Part shown: piece after piece, positions 44,479-53,990 of the stretch
Layout of the letters: every line of letters begins with the position of its first letter
Numbering within the stretch: position 1 is the stretch's first letter
Source: Vulcanimicrobiaceae bacterium
Lineage (GTDB): Bacteria > Vulcanimicrobiota > Vulcanimicrobiia > Vulcanimicrobiales > Vulcanimicrobiaceae
Length of the DNA: 59,662 bases
Reading direction: 5' to 3'
Assembly (NCBI GenBank): GCA_035652755.1
Contig: DASRDE010000243.1
Span: 1 to 59,662 of the forward strand
Position numbers and translations under genes: made by a program
The notes under the pieces: model-generated
Databases searched by the model: none
Seen by the model: only the letters and a program-made list of their open reading frames with translations
Told to the model about the DNA's origin: nothing

Positions 44479-45318
44479 GTGATCGCGGCCGCATTCGGTC
44501 TGTTGTCGGCGGCGCTGTACGGCGCCGCCGATTTTTTGGGCGGTCTTGCCGCCAAGCGGAGCTCCATTTTCGCGGTCGTCGTCATTTCGCAGGGCGTGGG
44601 TCTCGTGCTGCTGGCCGCCGCTCTCCCGTTCTTCCGGCCGGTTTTCACCGCGCGCGCCGCCGGCTTCGGCTTTGCCGCCGGATGCTGCGGAGGTGTGGGC
44701 GTAGCGCTGCTGTATCGCGCGCTTGCCGTCGGGAAGATGGGCGTCGTCTCGCCGATTACCGCAGTGCTTGCCGCCGCAATGCCGGTTGCAATAGGAGTAC
44801 TGGCACGGGGTGAGCACCTGTCGATTCGGCAATCGGGCGGAATTGCGATCGCACTGGCTGCAATCGTGCTCGTGTCGCTGACGCCCGGCCCGGCGGGGCG
44901 CCTGGAATTTTCGGGCGCGGGCGTCCGCGAAGCCGTCGCTGCGGGCTTGGCGCTCGGCGGCTTTCTGATTCTGCTCGCGCTGGCGGGAGCGCGCGCCGGA
45001 ATCGTCGCGCTGCTCTGTGCGCGCTTGGGATCGACGCTGCTGCTGTTTGCGTATGCGCGCGCCGTCGGCGGCGTGTTGAAACCGCAGCGGGCGGCCCTTC
45101 CCGTGATACTCTGTGCGGGCGCCGTCGACGTCTGTGCGAACGCGTTGTACCTCTTAGCCGCGCGCTACGGTTACCTGGCCATCGCTGCGGTGCTCACGTC
45201 GTTGTATCCCGCATCGACCGTCGTGCTTGCGCGATACGTGCTGAACGAACGCTTGGCGCGCATTCAGAAAGTGGGGTTGGGCGCGGCCCTCGCGGCGGCC
45301 GCGTTGATCGCGTCTTAG
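44479..45318 (+). CDS. EamA/DMT-family transporter
   Basis: 279 aa, GTG start. Ten hydrophobic segments in two EamA-like halves. Confidence 0.85.
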   Translation: MIAAAFGLLSAALYGAADFLGGLAAKRSSIFAVVVISQGVGLVLLAAALPFFRPVFTARAAGFGFAAGCCGGVGVALLYRALAVGKMGVVSPITAVLAAAMPVAIGVLARGEHLSIRQSGGIAIALAAIVLVSLTPGPAGRLEFSGAGVREAVAAGLALGGFLILLALAGARAGIVALLCARLGSTLLLFAYARAVGGVLKPQRAALPVILCAGAVDVCANALYLLAARYGYLAIAAVLTSLYPASTVVLARYVLNERLARIQKVGLGAALAAAALIAS

Positions 45319-46161
45319 TTACGCGCGGCGTTTGAGCTGCGCGAGCTGCGAGGCGTGGATGTAACGCGCGAGTTCTTCGCGGGTTAAACCGTCGACGTCG
45401 ACGAGTTCGGCATCGTAGGCCGGGCGGCGCTGCGAATCGACGACCGGAGAAACGATGCGGGCGCGCACGTGCAGCTGCACGAACGGGCGGCGCAGGTATC
45501 GCCTGGGGACGCGGCGGTATCCGAAGGCGCCCGGAACGAGCTCGTCGTCTTTGCCTTTGTGCACGTCGAGCACGGCGTCGGGGAGCCGGAAGCTCAGCGA
45601 CAGCAGCTGACCGGCCTTGAGCGGCTCGTCCGCCCGCAGACGCAAGGCGTTGCCGGTCACGTCGCACGCCGCAGCTTGGCGGGGCAGCGCGCGCGAATCC
45701 TCGGTACGGTACGTCACGGGGAAGTCATCCGGCACGCGATAGCCCGTGAACTGCGAAATATCCACGAGCGACGTGTCGTAGCTGCGCGCCGAAAGCGCGC
45801 GGCGCTGCAGCATCGCCGACTCTTTTGCAAGCGCGTCGGCCTGGTTCTCAGGCAGCGCCTCGAGTGCGACCGCGTACTCGAAGCCCACGCCTCCGTTGCG
45901 CGGCGCGTACTGAGCGGCGATCACGCCGCTGATCGTCAAGACGGCACCATCGGCCAGGCGCCAGTCGAAGGAGATGGCCGTACCGCGCTCCATGCGCAGC
46001 CACGAGCGAATTCGCGCGCCTGCCAATGCGATGTGCAGCAGCGTGCCGGCGATCGGTTCGGCGATGCCGCGCAGCTTGAATTTGATCGGCACGTCAAAGG
46101 CCGGCGCAGCCACATCGGCATGCGGAATCTCGACCTTCGGTTTACCGTTGAGCCAGGCCAT
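45319..46161 (-). CDS. Protein with two degenerate PilZ-like beta-barrel domains (tentative)
   Basis: 280 aa. LHIALAGARIRS and CDVTGNALRLRADEPLKAGQLL resemble the D-x-S-x-x-G region of PilZ, but no RxxxR motif precedes either. Confidence 0.55.
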   Translation of the reverse strand: MAWLNGKPKVEIPHADVAAPAFDVPIKFKLRGIAEPIAGTLLHIALAGARIRSWLRMERGTAISFDWRLADGAVLTISGVIAAQYAPRNGGVGFEYAVALEALPENQADALAKESAMLQRRALSARSYDTSLVDISQFTGYRVPDDFPVTYRTEDSRALPRQAAACDVTGNALRLRADEPLKAGQLLSLSFRLPDAVLDVHKGKDDELVPGAFGYRRVPRRYLRRPFVQLHVRARIVSPVVDSQRRPAYDAELVDVDGLTREELARYIHASQLAQLKRRA

Positions 46162-46242
46162 CGATGCATAGCGTACTATGGCCCCCTTGGTTTTACTGCC
46201 CGTTTACGCAATCTTAATTGCGCGAAGTCGCCTTTCCGGGCG

Positions 46243-47343
46243 CTAGAGCGTGGACCAAATGTCCAGTTTACGCTTGACCCGCTCGATGACCGCGTCGGTG
46301 AACTCCGTCGTCCCGGTGTGGCCCCCCAGGTCGCTGGTGGCGACCCCGCCATGCACGGCTTCGAGCGCGGACTCGTAGATCGCGCGCGATGCGTTCTGCG
46401 CGCGCTTGTCCTCCATATAGGAAAGAAGCGCGCCCGCGGCCAGGATCATGGCCATCGGATTGGCGACGTTCTTTCCGAAGAGCCTGGGAGCAGTGCCGTG
46501 CGGCGCTTCGGCCATAACGACCGCCGCATGCATGTTCTGACCCTCGGTTTCCGCCGCGCCGGGATCGAACGCAAGCAGAACGGACTCGGCGCCCGCGATC
46601 GATCCGAAGAGCTGCATGACCAGATCGGAGAGGCAATCGCCGTCGCGGTTGAGCGACGGAATGACCATGGCTTTCTCACCGTCGGTACTCAGGAGCAGCG
46701 CATACGTCGCATCGATCAATTGGGGATCGTACTGCACGTTCGGATGGCGCCGCGCCGCCGCATCCATCTCTTCCTTGAGCATCCCTTCGTAGATGGGACT
46801 CACGGTGTACTTCGGGCCGCCGAAAACCTTGGCGCCCATCCGCGCCGCGTGGACGAATGCGTACTCCGCAACGAAGCGGCACACGCTGCGCTCGATCGTT
46901 TCCGTACGGTACGCGATCTCGCCCGATCCTTCGCCTTCGCGCCATTCTTTGGCACCGTATGCGTCGCCGACGGCCATGCGCACGACGCTGATCGGTGCGT
47001 GGATGCCTGCGACGGGGCGAACGCCCGGAAGCCTGCACCCCGTGCGCACGATCACCTTCCCGTCGATTTCGCGGCGAAGAATCGCATTGGGAGATCCGAC
47101 GTCGCCTTTGGTCTCGGGCGTAATCGTTGCGGCTTTTAATCCGTAGCCGGTGCGCTTCATCGCCGCAGCAGCTTCGTGCACGACCGCGTTTTGCGTCTTG
47201 CGGCGGTTTTCGAGCGAGAGGTCGAAGCGCTCGAAGTGCAGCTCCACGTCGATCACCGAGCGATCCATGACGCGCAGCGCTTCGAGCAGCAGCTCCTGAC
47301 CTGTTTCGTCGCCTTCGAGTACCGCAATCGTTGGGGCTGCCAA
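46243..47343 (-). CDS. Isocitrate/isopropylmalate dehydrogenase-family enzyme
   Basis: 366 aa. GSPNAILRREIDG and NRDGDCLSDL (metal-binding Asp cluster) are typical of beta-decarboxylating dehydrogenases. Substrate not assignable. Confidence 0.85.
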   Translation of the reverse strand: MAAPTIAVLEGDETGQELLLEALRVMDRSVIDVELHFERFDLSLENRRKTQNAVVHEAAAAMKRTGYGLKAATITPETKGDVGSPNAILRREIDGKVIVRTGCRLPGVRPVAGIHAPISVVRMAVGDAYGAKEWREGEGSGEIAYRTETIERSVCRFVAEYAFVHAARMGAKVFGGPKYTVSPIYEGMLKEEMDAAARRHPNVQYDPQLIDATYALLLSTDGEKAMVIPSLNRDGDCLSDLVMQLFGSIAGAESVLLAFDPGAAETEGQNMHAAVVMAEAPHGTAPRLFGKNVANPMAMILAAGALLSYMEDKRAQNASRAIYESALEAVHGGVATSDLGGHTGTTEFTDAVIERVKRKLDIWSTL

Positions 47344-47380
47344 AATGAACTCCTGTACCTATGACGAAAGAATCGAATCC

Positions 47381-49540
47381 ATGGCCCGCGTACGGCGCAA
47401 GGCGAGCCCGAAAGCGCGACTGAACTTCGAGATCGCCGGCATCGCCGCCATCGGTCTGGCCGTCCTTATCGGAATCGCACTGCTTTTGCCGCATGGCACC
47501 GGGGTGGTTGGTTTCGCCGCCCGCGGACTGTGGGCGCTCTTTGGAGGCGCAGCTCCGCTTTTCCCGGTCCTCGTTGCACTGTTCGGCGCCATCGTGTTCC
47601 TCGAGATCAACGTCCCGCGGATGATGGCCACGCTGGGCGCTGCAGCGCTTGCATACTTTCTGCTCCTGGACGCGTCGCTCGCGCGCCGCGGCGGCGCCGT
47701 CGGCGCCGGGCTGTGGTACGCTCTGCAGAAATTGGCCGGGGTGGCGGGCGCGCGCGTCATCGTCGGCATCGCGGCGCTGCTGCTCGCCGTCTGGATCACG
47801 AACGTTTCGGTCAAAAAAGTCATCGGGTGGACGATAGCATCGCTGGCCGCGGTCCGGTGGTCGCGCATTCGCCTCACTGCTCCGGCGCCGCGCGCGGTGC
47901 AGCCTGACGCGCCCGCGCGCGACGTGCGCGCGATCGTTCCGGTCGAAGCGTTCGTCCCGCCCGCCGCCGCGCCGGTGGAGATCGAGTGGGAAGACGTCAT
48001 CGACCACGACGCCGTACCCGAGCCGGACGAGCCCGAGCCCGAAGAGCCCCCGCAAGCAGAACAGGATCTCGATTACGATGCCGCGCCGCGGGCGAAAGTA
48101 CTCTACCGTCTCCCCGATCTTTCGCTCTTCGATCCGCCCCCGATGCAGATTGCCGACGACGCGAGCCGTTCCCACGTGCTCGAAGATACGCTGGGCTCGT
48201 TCGGAGTCGGCGCAAAAGTCGTTCATATCGAACGCGGTCCGTCGATCACCCGGTACGAACTGCGCCCCGATCGCGGCGTCAAGATTTCGAAGATCGCTTC
48301 GCTGGCGGACGATCTCGCACTGGCTTTAGCCGCGACGAGCGTGCGGATCGAAGCGCCGATTCCCGGAAAGTCCGCCGTGGGCATCGAGGTGCCAAACAAG
48401 ACGGTTTCGATCGTCGCGGTTCGCGAGATCCTCGAAACGCTGCCCGGACGCGGACAAATTCCGCCGCTGTGGATGGCGCTGGGAAAGGACATCACCGGCC
48501 GCCCCGTGTTCGGCGACTTGGGGAAGATGCCGCATCTGCTCGTCGCCGGCGCGACGGGCGCGGGCAAATCCGTGTGCCTCAATACGATCGTCGCCTCATT
48601 GCTGGTCAGCGCCACGCCCGATCAAGTGCAGCTGCTGATGATCGATCCCAAGCGCGTCGAACTGACGATGTACAACGGCATTCCGCACCTGATCAAGGAC
48701 GTCATCACCGACGCGCGGATGGCCGCGGGCGCGCTGTTCGAGATGACGAAGGAGATGGATGCGCGGTACGAGCGCTTTGCCAAGGCGGGCGTACGGAAAA
48801 TCGAGGAATACAACGCCCGCTTCCCCGGCGAGCACCTGCCCTATGTCGTCGTCATCATCGACGAACTGGCCGATCTCATGCTGGTAGCTCCCGCACGAGT
48901 GGAGACGTCCATCATGCGTCTGGCGCAGCTCGCGCGCGCAACCGGAATCCATTTGGTCGTCGCCACGCAGCGCCCGTCGGTCGACGTCATCACGGGGCTC
49001 ATCAAGGCCAACATCCCCTCGCGCATCGCCTTTGCGGTCAGCTCGCAAGTCGACTCGCGGACGATCCTCGATATGGCCGGAGCCGAACGGCTGCTCGGAC
49101 GCGGCGACATGCTGTACCTTCCCATCGACGCGCCCAAGCCGGTGCGCGCGCAAGGCGCCCTCATCACCGGCAGCGAGGTGCACCGCCTCGTCGACTTCTG
49201 GGCAAAGCAGTCGCGTCCGGAAAACCTGCTGGACGTGGACGTCGTCCCCATCACCGACGACGACGGCTTACGCAAGGACGTGGATCCGCTCTGCTACGAT
49301 GCCGCAAAATTCATCATCGAGAGCAACTACGCGTCGACTGCCGCGCTGCAGTCGCAGTTCTCGATCGGCCATCCGCGCGCGGTCCGGGTGATGAAGCAGC
49401 TCGAGGATTTTAAAGTCGTCGGGCCGCACGAGGGCACCAAGCCCCGGCGCATCCTGATCAGTGTTGGCGACCTCGAAACGATTGCGCCGCGTCTTGGGCG
49501 CGACGGAGGACAGCAAGATCTCTTCGCCACCGGCAGCTGA
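47381..49540 (+). CDS. ftsK: DNA translocase FtsK/SpoIIIE
   Basis: Start set at ATG 47381 (the track start 47345 lies 1 nt from the divergent gene). N-terminal TM helices, Pro/Glu-rich linker, motor domain with Walker A GATGAGKS, and a C-terminal gamma wHTH. Confidence 0.93.
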   Translation: MARVRRKASPKARLNFEIAGIAAIGLAVLIGIALLLPHGTGVVGFAARGLWALFGGAAPLFPVLVALFGAIVFLEINVPRMMATLGAAALAYFLLLDASLARRGGAVGAGLWYALQKLAGVAGARVIVGIAALLLAVWITNVSVKKVIGWTIASLAAVRWSRIRLTAPAPRAVQPDAPARDVRAIVPVEAFVPPAAAPVEIEWEDVIDHDAVPEPDEPEPEEPPQAEQDLDYDAAPRAKVLYRLPDLSLFDPPPMQIADDASRSHVLEDTLGSFGVGAKVVHIERGPSITRYELRPDRGVKISKIASLADDLALALAATSVRIEAPIPGKSAVGIEVPNKTVSIVAVREILETLPGRGQIPPLWMALGKDITGRPVFGDLGKMPHLLVAGATGAGKSVCLNTIVASLLVSATPDQVQLLMIDPKRVELTMYNGIPHLIKDVITDARMAAGALFEMTKEMDARYERFAKAGVRKIEEYNARFPGEHLPYVVVIIDELADLMLVAPARVETSIMRLAQLARATGIHLVVATQRPSVDVITGLIKANIPSRIAFAVSSQVDSRTILDMAGAERLLGRGDMLYLPIDAPKPVRAQGALITGSEVHRLVDFWAKQSRPENLLDVDVVPITDDDGLRKDVDPLCYDAAKFIIESNYASTAALQSQFSIGHPRAVRVMKQLEDFKVVGPHEGTKPRRILISVGDLETIAPRLGRDGGQQDLFATGS

Positions 49541-49556
49541 CCGAACGCGGCCGAAC

Positions 49557-50207
49557 GTGCAGCGAGTTAGAATATTCACGGCCGGAACGGTGGCGGGCTT
49601 CATCTTTTTCGCCGGCTTTTGGTGGCTTGGAACCTACGTGAGCGCGCATCCCGAGCCTCCGGCGCTGTGGGCGTTTGCGCAGGCGGTGCGCGGGCAGGCG
49701 ATCGGCCTGGCTTGGATTCTCACGAGCGCCGGTTTCGGGTACGTGCTCACGCCTCTGTACGTGGCCTGCATCGTGTTCGGCATCGTGAACCGTCCCTGGC
49801 GCGCACGCGCGTTTTTTACGGTTGCGGCAGCGCTGGTCTCGTGGATCGGCGGGGACCGATTGCAGCATTTCTTTCACCGCCCCCGGCGCGGCGACTGGCT
49901 GATCCAGCACGTGCACGCATTCTCGTATCCGAGCACGCATGCGTCCATCTCGACGGATTTCTACTTCTTGTGGGGCTTGCTGCTGCTGCGGTCGAACCTG
50001 GCGCCTGCCGTACGCTACGGGGGCTTTGCGTTCCTGACTGCGTTCACGCTGGGCATCATGTGGTCGCGGCTTGCCCTTGCGGCGCACTATCCGACAGACG
50101 TCATAGGCGGGGCATGCTTGGGTCTGGCAATCATTCTGCTGGGCGAACGAATCCTGACCGCGGGCGGAGGCCGCCTCGGGGAAAGCTCGGAGCCTGCGCG
50201 CAAATAG
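49557..50207 (+). CDS. PAP2-family membrane phosphatase
   Basis: Start set at GTG 49557, after the ftsK stop. PAP2 motifs HRPRRGD, YPSTHAS and SRLALAAHYPTDVIGG. Confidence 0.8.
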   Translation: MQRVRIFTAGTVAGFIFFAGFWWLGTYVSAHPEPPALWAFAQAVRGQAIGLAWILTSAGFGYVLTPLYVACIVFGIVNRPWRARAFFTVAAALVSWIGGDRLQHFFHRPRRGDWLIQHVHAFSYPSTHASISTDFYFLWGLLLLRSNLAPAVRYGGFAFLTAFTLGIMWSRLALAAHYPTDVIGGACLGLAIILLGERILTAGGGRLGESSEPARK

Positions 50208-50244
50208 GAAACTCCGGTCTCTCAAAAGGATACTTGCCCTCGCC

Positions 50245-51366
50245 GTGTCACTGCTCATCGACTCCGAACTTGCCCCGATAGAACGCAAAGTCGCCAGAGG
50301 CGAACGCCTCACGCTCGACGACGGCCGCGCGCTCATGCGCACGTCCGACATTCACGCGCTCGGGCGGATGGCTCGCGCCGCCAAGGAACGCAAGAGCGGG
50401 CGGAAAGTCTTCTACGTCCTTAACCGGTACATCAATTCGACCAACGTTTGCTATGCCGGGTGTAAGTTTTGCTCGTTCGCCGTAGACGAATTCAAAGAGC
50501 GGGACCGCGTCGTCCGCATGTCGGCGGACCAAGTGCTGGAAAAAGCGCTCGAAACGGGAACCAATTTCAACCAAATACACATCGTGGGCGGCCACGACCC
50601 GCGGCAACTCTCGCTCGACTACTGGCTGCCCCTGATGCGCCGCTTCAAAGAGCGGCTGCCGCACGTTCAACTTTCGCTGTTCACCGCGGCGGAGCTGGAG
50701 TACATGGCCAAGCGGCACCGCATGGCTTTCCCTCAGCTCATTGCGATTCTAAAAGAGGCGGGGCTGGACAACGTCAATGGCGGCGGTGCGGAGATTTTTG
50801 CCGAGGAAACGCGCAAGAAGATTTGTCCGGGTAAAGTCGGCACCGAAAATTGGCTGGCCATTCACGAGGAGCTGCATCGTCAGGGCGTCGCTTCCAACGC
50901 GACGATGCTCTACGGGCACATCGAATCGATCGACGATCGCCTCGACCATTTGATTCGCTTGCGGGAATCGCAGGATCGGTCGCCGGGTTACAATGCCTTT
51001 ATTCCGCTGGCATTCCACCCCGACGGCAACGAGCTGAGCGAGTGCGGGTGGACCGACGGCCTGGACGATATTCGCGTCTTTGCGGTTGCCAGGCTCATGC
51101 TCGACAACTTCGATCACATCAAGGCGTACTGGATGATCCAAGGTCTGAAAGTTTGCCAGGTCGCGCTGCAGTTCGGCGCGGACGACATGGACGGTACGCA
51201 CGGCAGCACCGACGAGGAGCTCATCTACCACAGTGCGGGAACGCGTTCGGGACAGTATGTGGACGACCGCGAGTTTCGCCGCTTGATTGAAGACGCCGGC
51301 TACGTGCCGGTTCGCCGCAACACAACGTATGACGAGTTTCCATTCGACTGGGCTCCCGCCGCATGA
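50245..51366 (+). CDS. Radical-SAM menaquinone (futalosine pathway) enzyme, MqnC/MqnE family
   Basis: 373 aa. CYAGCKFCSF cluster motif and CofH/MqnC/MqnE-like layout, adjacent to mqnA. MqnC vs MqnE cannot be decided by eye. Confidence 0.85.
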   Translation: MSLLIDSELAPIERKVARGERLTLDDGRALMRTSDIHALGRMARAAKERKSGRKVFYVLNRYINSTNVCYAGCKFCSFAVDEFKERDRVVRMSADQVLEKALETGTNFNQIHIVGGHDPRQLSLDYWLPLMRRFKERLPHVQLSLFTAAELEYMAKRHRMAFPQLIAILKEAGLDNVNGGGAEIFAEETRKKICPGKVGTENWLAIHEELHRQGVASNATMLYGHIESIDDRLDHLIRLRESQDRSPGYNAFIPLAFHPDGNELSECGWTDGLDDIRVFAVARLMLDNFDHIKAYWMIQGLKVCQVALQFGADDMDGTHGSTDEELIYHSAGTRSGQYVDDREFRRLIEDAGYVPVRRNTTYDEFPFDWAPAA

Positions 51367-52196
51367 GCTTGCGCTGCAGCCGCATGCGATACGTTAACGA
51401 CTTGCCGATCTACGCCGCAATTGACGCAGGTGTCGTGGCGTATCCAGGCACGCTGCTCGCGGACGTTCCGGCGCGCCTGAACGCGATGATGCGCGCGGGC
51501 GAGCTGGACATGGGGCCGGTCAGTGCGTTCGAGTACGCGCAAAATGCCTCGGCTTATGCGCTGCTGCCCGATCTTTGCATCGGCGCGCGTGAGGAGCTGG
51601 TTTCGGTGCTGCTGATCTCCAAGACGCCGCCGGCGCTGCTCTCCGGCGCGCGGATCGCCACGACGCCCGAGTCCGCGAGCGGCCGGAACTTGCTGCGGAT
51701 CTTACTGGAGCGGCGCTACGGCGTGCACGCGCACTTCGCCGCCAGCGACGATCCCTTAGAAGAGGCTCGCCGCGGTGTCCCGGCCATGGTTATCGGCGAC
51801 GCCGCAATTGACGCCGCGTTCGAGTTCCCGACCGAACAGGTTTACGACCTCGGCGCGCTGTGGAGAGACTGGACCGGCGAGCAGTCGGTCACGGCCGTCT
51901 GGGTCGCGCGGCGCGAAGCGTTCGAAGAGCGGTGCGGAGAGGTTCGGGCGTGCCTGCACGCTTTAACCGACGCCTACTCGTGGGGACGGGCGAATCTGGA
52001 CGCGGTCATCGCCCAGGCGCAGCGCACCAAGCCTCGTCCGGCGGGCTTTTACGAAATTTACTACGGCAAGCTGAACTTCACGTTTCATTCCGCAGCCCAG
52101 CGCGGTCTTGCCGCGTATTGCCGGGAGCTTGCCGCGCTCGGAGCGATCGACGCCGTTCCGTCATGCATTCCGGAGGTGACCGGTGTCGCTCCTTAA
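51363..52196 (+). CDS. mqnA: Chorismate dehydratase (MqnA-like, VitK2-biosynthesis fold)
   Basis: 277 aa, ATGA overlap start. YVNDLPIY ... P-x-x-LN-x-x-x-x-x-GELDMGPVSAFEY ... SVLLIS pattern typical of MqnA. Confidence 0.8.
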   Translation: MSLRCSRMRYVNDLPIYAAIDAGVVAYPGTLLADVPARLNAMMRAGELDMGPVSAFEYAQNASAYALLPDLCIGAREELVSVLLISKTPPALLSGARIATTPESASGRNLLRILLERRYGVHAHFAASDDPLEEARRGVPAMVIGDAAIDAAFEFPTEQVYDLGALWRDWTGEQSVTAVWVARREAFEERCGEVRACLHALTDAYSWGRANLDAVIAQAQRTKPRPAGFYEIYYGKLNFTFHSAAQRGLAAYCRELAALGAIDAVPSCIPEVTGVAP

Positions 52197-53265
52197 TCTT
52201 TTGGAAAAAGCCGCCGCCGGCGGACGTCTGACGTTTGAAGAGGGCGTGCAGCTCTATCGCGAAGCGGATTTGCACGATTTGGGAGCGGCCGCGCACGCGC
52301 GCCGCATGCAGCTCTATCCCGGCAACGCCGTGACGTACGTGATCGACACGACGATCAATTACACCAACGTTTGCAACGTGCACTGCACGTTCTGCGCATT
52401 CTTTCGCCCCGAGAAGCACCGCGAAGGGTACACGATGACGCACGACCGCGTGCTCGAGCGCGTCAAGCACGCCGCGGACCAAGGCGCAACGCAGATCATG
52501 ATTCAAGGCGGCGTCAATCCCGAGCTGCGCTTGGAATGGTTCGAGCGGCTCTTCGAGCGGGTCGCGCGCGAGTATCCGAACGTCGACATCCACTCGCTCT
52601 CGGTCTCTGAGATCGTCGGTCTTTCGAGCGTGGAAGGGCTGCCCGTGCGCGACGTGCTGCTGCGATTGAAGAACGCAGGCATGAAGTCCCTGCCGGGCGC
52701 GGGGGCGGAGATTCTCGTGGAGCGCGTGCGCAAGCGCATCAGTGCGCGAAAAGTCAAACCTGATGAATGGCTCGGCGTGATGCGGGAAGCGCAGCGTCTG
52801 GGCATGCCGACGACGGCAACGATGATGTTCGGTTCGATCGAAACCGACGAGGAGCGCGTCATGCACTTGGATGCGATTCGCGCGCTCCAGGATGAAATGG
52901 GCGGCTTCACTGCGTTCATTCCGTGGTATTACGTCCCGTGGAAGACGCCGCTGCGGGGCAAGGAAGCCACCGGGCTGCAGTACCTGCGCGTGCTCGCACT
53001 CTCGCGCCTGTATTTGGACAACGTGCCGCATTTACAGGCATCGTGGCTGACCCCCGGGCTGAAGATGGGTCAGCTCGCCCTTTTCTACGGGTGCGACGAC
53101 ATGGGCGGAACGATCATCGAAGAGCAGGTCGTTCACGATGCCGGTTCGACGAACGAAGCCAGCCGGCGCGATATCGAGATGCTGATTCGCTCGGCCGGAT
53201 TCGTGCCCGTCATCCGCGACACATATTGGAATCTTCGCCCCGAAATGGCGCCGGCAATCGCGTAA
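52183..53265 (+). CDS. Radical-SAM menaquinone (futalosine pathway) enzyme, MqnC/MqnE family
   Basis: 360 aa. INYTNVCNVHCTFCAFF cluster motif, FTAFIPW and GCDDMGGTIIEE motifs. 14-nt overlap with mqnA. Confidence 0.85.
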   Translation: MSLLNLLEKAAAGGRLTFEEGVQLYREADLHDLGAAAHARRMQLYPGNAVTYVIDTTINYTNVCNVHCTFCAFFRPEKHREGYTMTHDRVLERVKHAADQGATQIMIQGGVNPELRLEWFERLFERVAREYPNVDIHSLSVSEIVGLSSVEGLPVRDVLLRLKNAGMKSLPGAGAEILVERVRKRISARKVKPDEWLGVMREAQRLGMPTTATMMFGSIETDEERVMHLDAIRALQDEMGGFTAFIPWYYVPWKTPLRGKEATGLQYLRVLALSRLYLDNVPHLQASWLTPGLKMGQLALFYGCDDMGGTIIEEQVVHDAGSTNEASRRDIEMLIRSAGFVPVIRDTYWNLRPEMAPAIA

Positions 53266-53300
53266 TCGGGGCGCGCGGCGCGAAACGCCGCCGCGCTTTG

Positions 53301-53322
53301 AGTGTCCAAATTATTGGACACT
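53301..53322. promoter_or_regulatory. Perfect 9-4-9 palindrome AGTGTCCAA-ATTA-TTGGACACT upstream of the orphan wHTH gene
   Basis: Located 30 nt upstream of TTG 53352 and 36 nt downstream of the mqn stop, in a locally AT-richer stretch. Confidence 0.35.
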
Positions 53323-53351
53323 AACGAGGAGCAGGCTCCCAACAGGTCGCC

Positions 53352-53987
53352 TTGAACGTCGAAGACATTCGCTCCGCCGCTCTTCATCGTGAGGGTGTCT
53401 CAGTATTGGATGACCTAACACTCGTCCAGAATTCCGCTTCCGGCGACTCGGGCAGTGAATGCGAACCGCTCGTGGCCGTGCCGGCCTGGTGGAGCGGCTT
53501 TCTGTTCCACGTGCTCAATCCGCGCCAGGTCAGCATGTATCTGTATTTGATCATGCTCTGCGACGATCGCGGCGTTTGTCACCCCACGATCGAACAAATC
53601 CGCAAGGATCTCGGCCTGCTGAGCACCACGATGGTCTTCGAATCGATTGCGGTCCTGGAGGACCTGGGGTTCTTCATGCGCTCGCGTCAGTCGCTGCCGG
53701 AGTCGCGGTCGCGGCGCAACGTCTACCGTCGAACCGCCTGCGAGTACACCATCCTGCGTCTGCTCGAAACCGGCAAGATCGACGCCTCGATGCATCCGAT
53801 CGGTTCGGCGGACGCACAGTCGGAAGACGCTCGCCAACTCGTGTACCAAGGTTTGCGCGGGATCCTCGGCGATGCTGCCTGGGATCGCTATTCGAGCGCA
53901 GCCGGCGACGCCAAGAGCGGACTGCTGATCAACGAGCTCAATGCTGCGCTGCGCAAGCGCGCCGGCGGAATCTACGCGTACGATTAG
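53352..53987 (+). CDS. Orphan hypothetical protein with a winged-helix-like segment
   Basis: 211 aa, TTG start with only a distant GAGGAG. MYLYLIMLCDDRGVCHPTIEQIRKDLGLLSTTMVFESIAVLEDLGFFMR resembles wHTH domains of replication/phage-type DNA-binding proteins. No family assigned. Confidence 0.55.
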   Translation: MNVEDIRSAALHREGVSVLDDLTLVQNSASGDSGSECEPLVAVPAWWSGFLFHVLNPRQVSMYLYLIMLCDDRGVCHPTIEQIRKDLGLLSTTMVFESIAVLEDLGFFMRSRQSLPESRSRRNVYRRTACEYTILRLLETGKIDASMHPIGSADAQSEDARQLVYQGLRGILGDAAWDRYSSAAGDAKSGLLINELNAALRKRAGGIYAYD

Positions 53988-53990
53988 CGG

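Noticed and set aside
53266-53987. Annotating the orphan wHTH locus as a mobile element or prophage remnant.
   Set aside because: No integrase, transposase, flanking direct repeats or tRNA target is visible. Only a mild local AT enrichment and an unassigned ORF are seen, so it is kept as a finding rather than a feature call.
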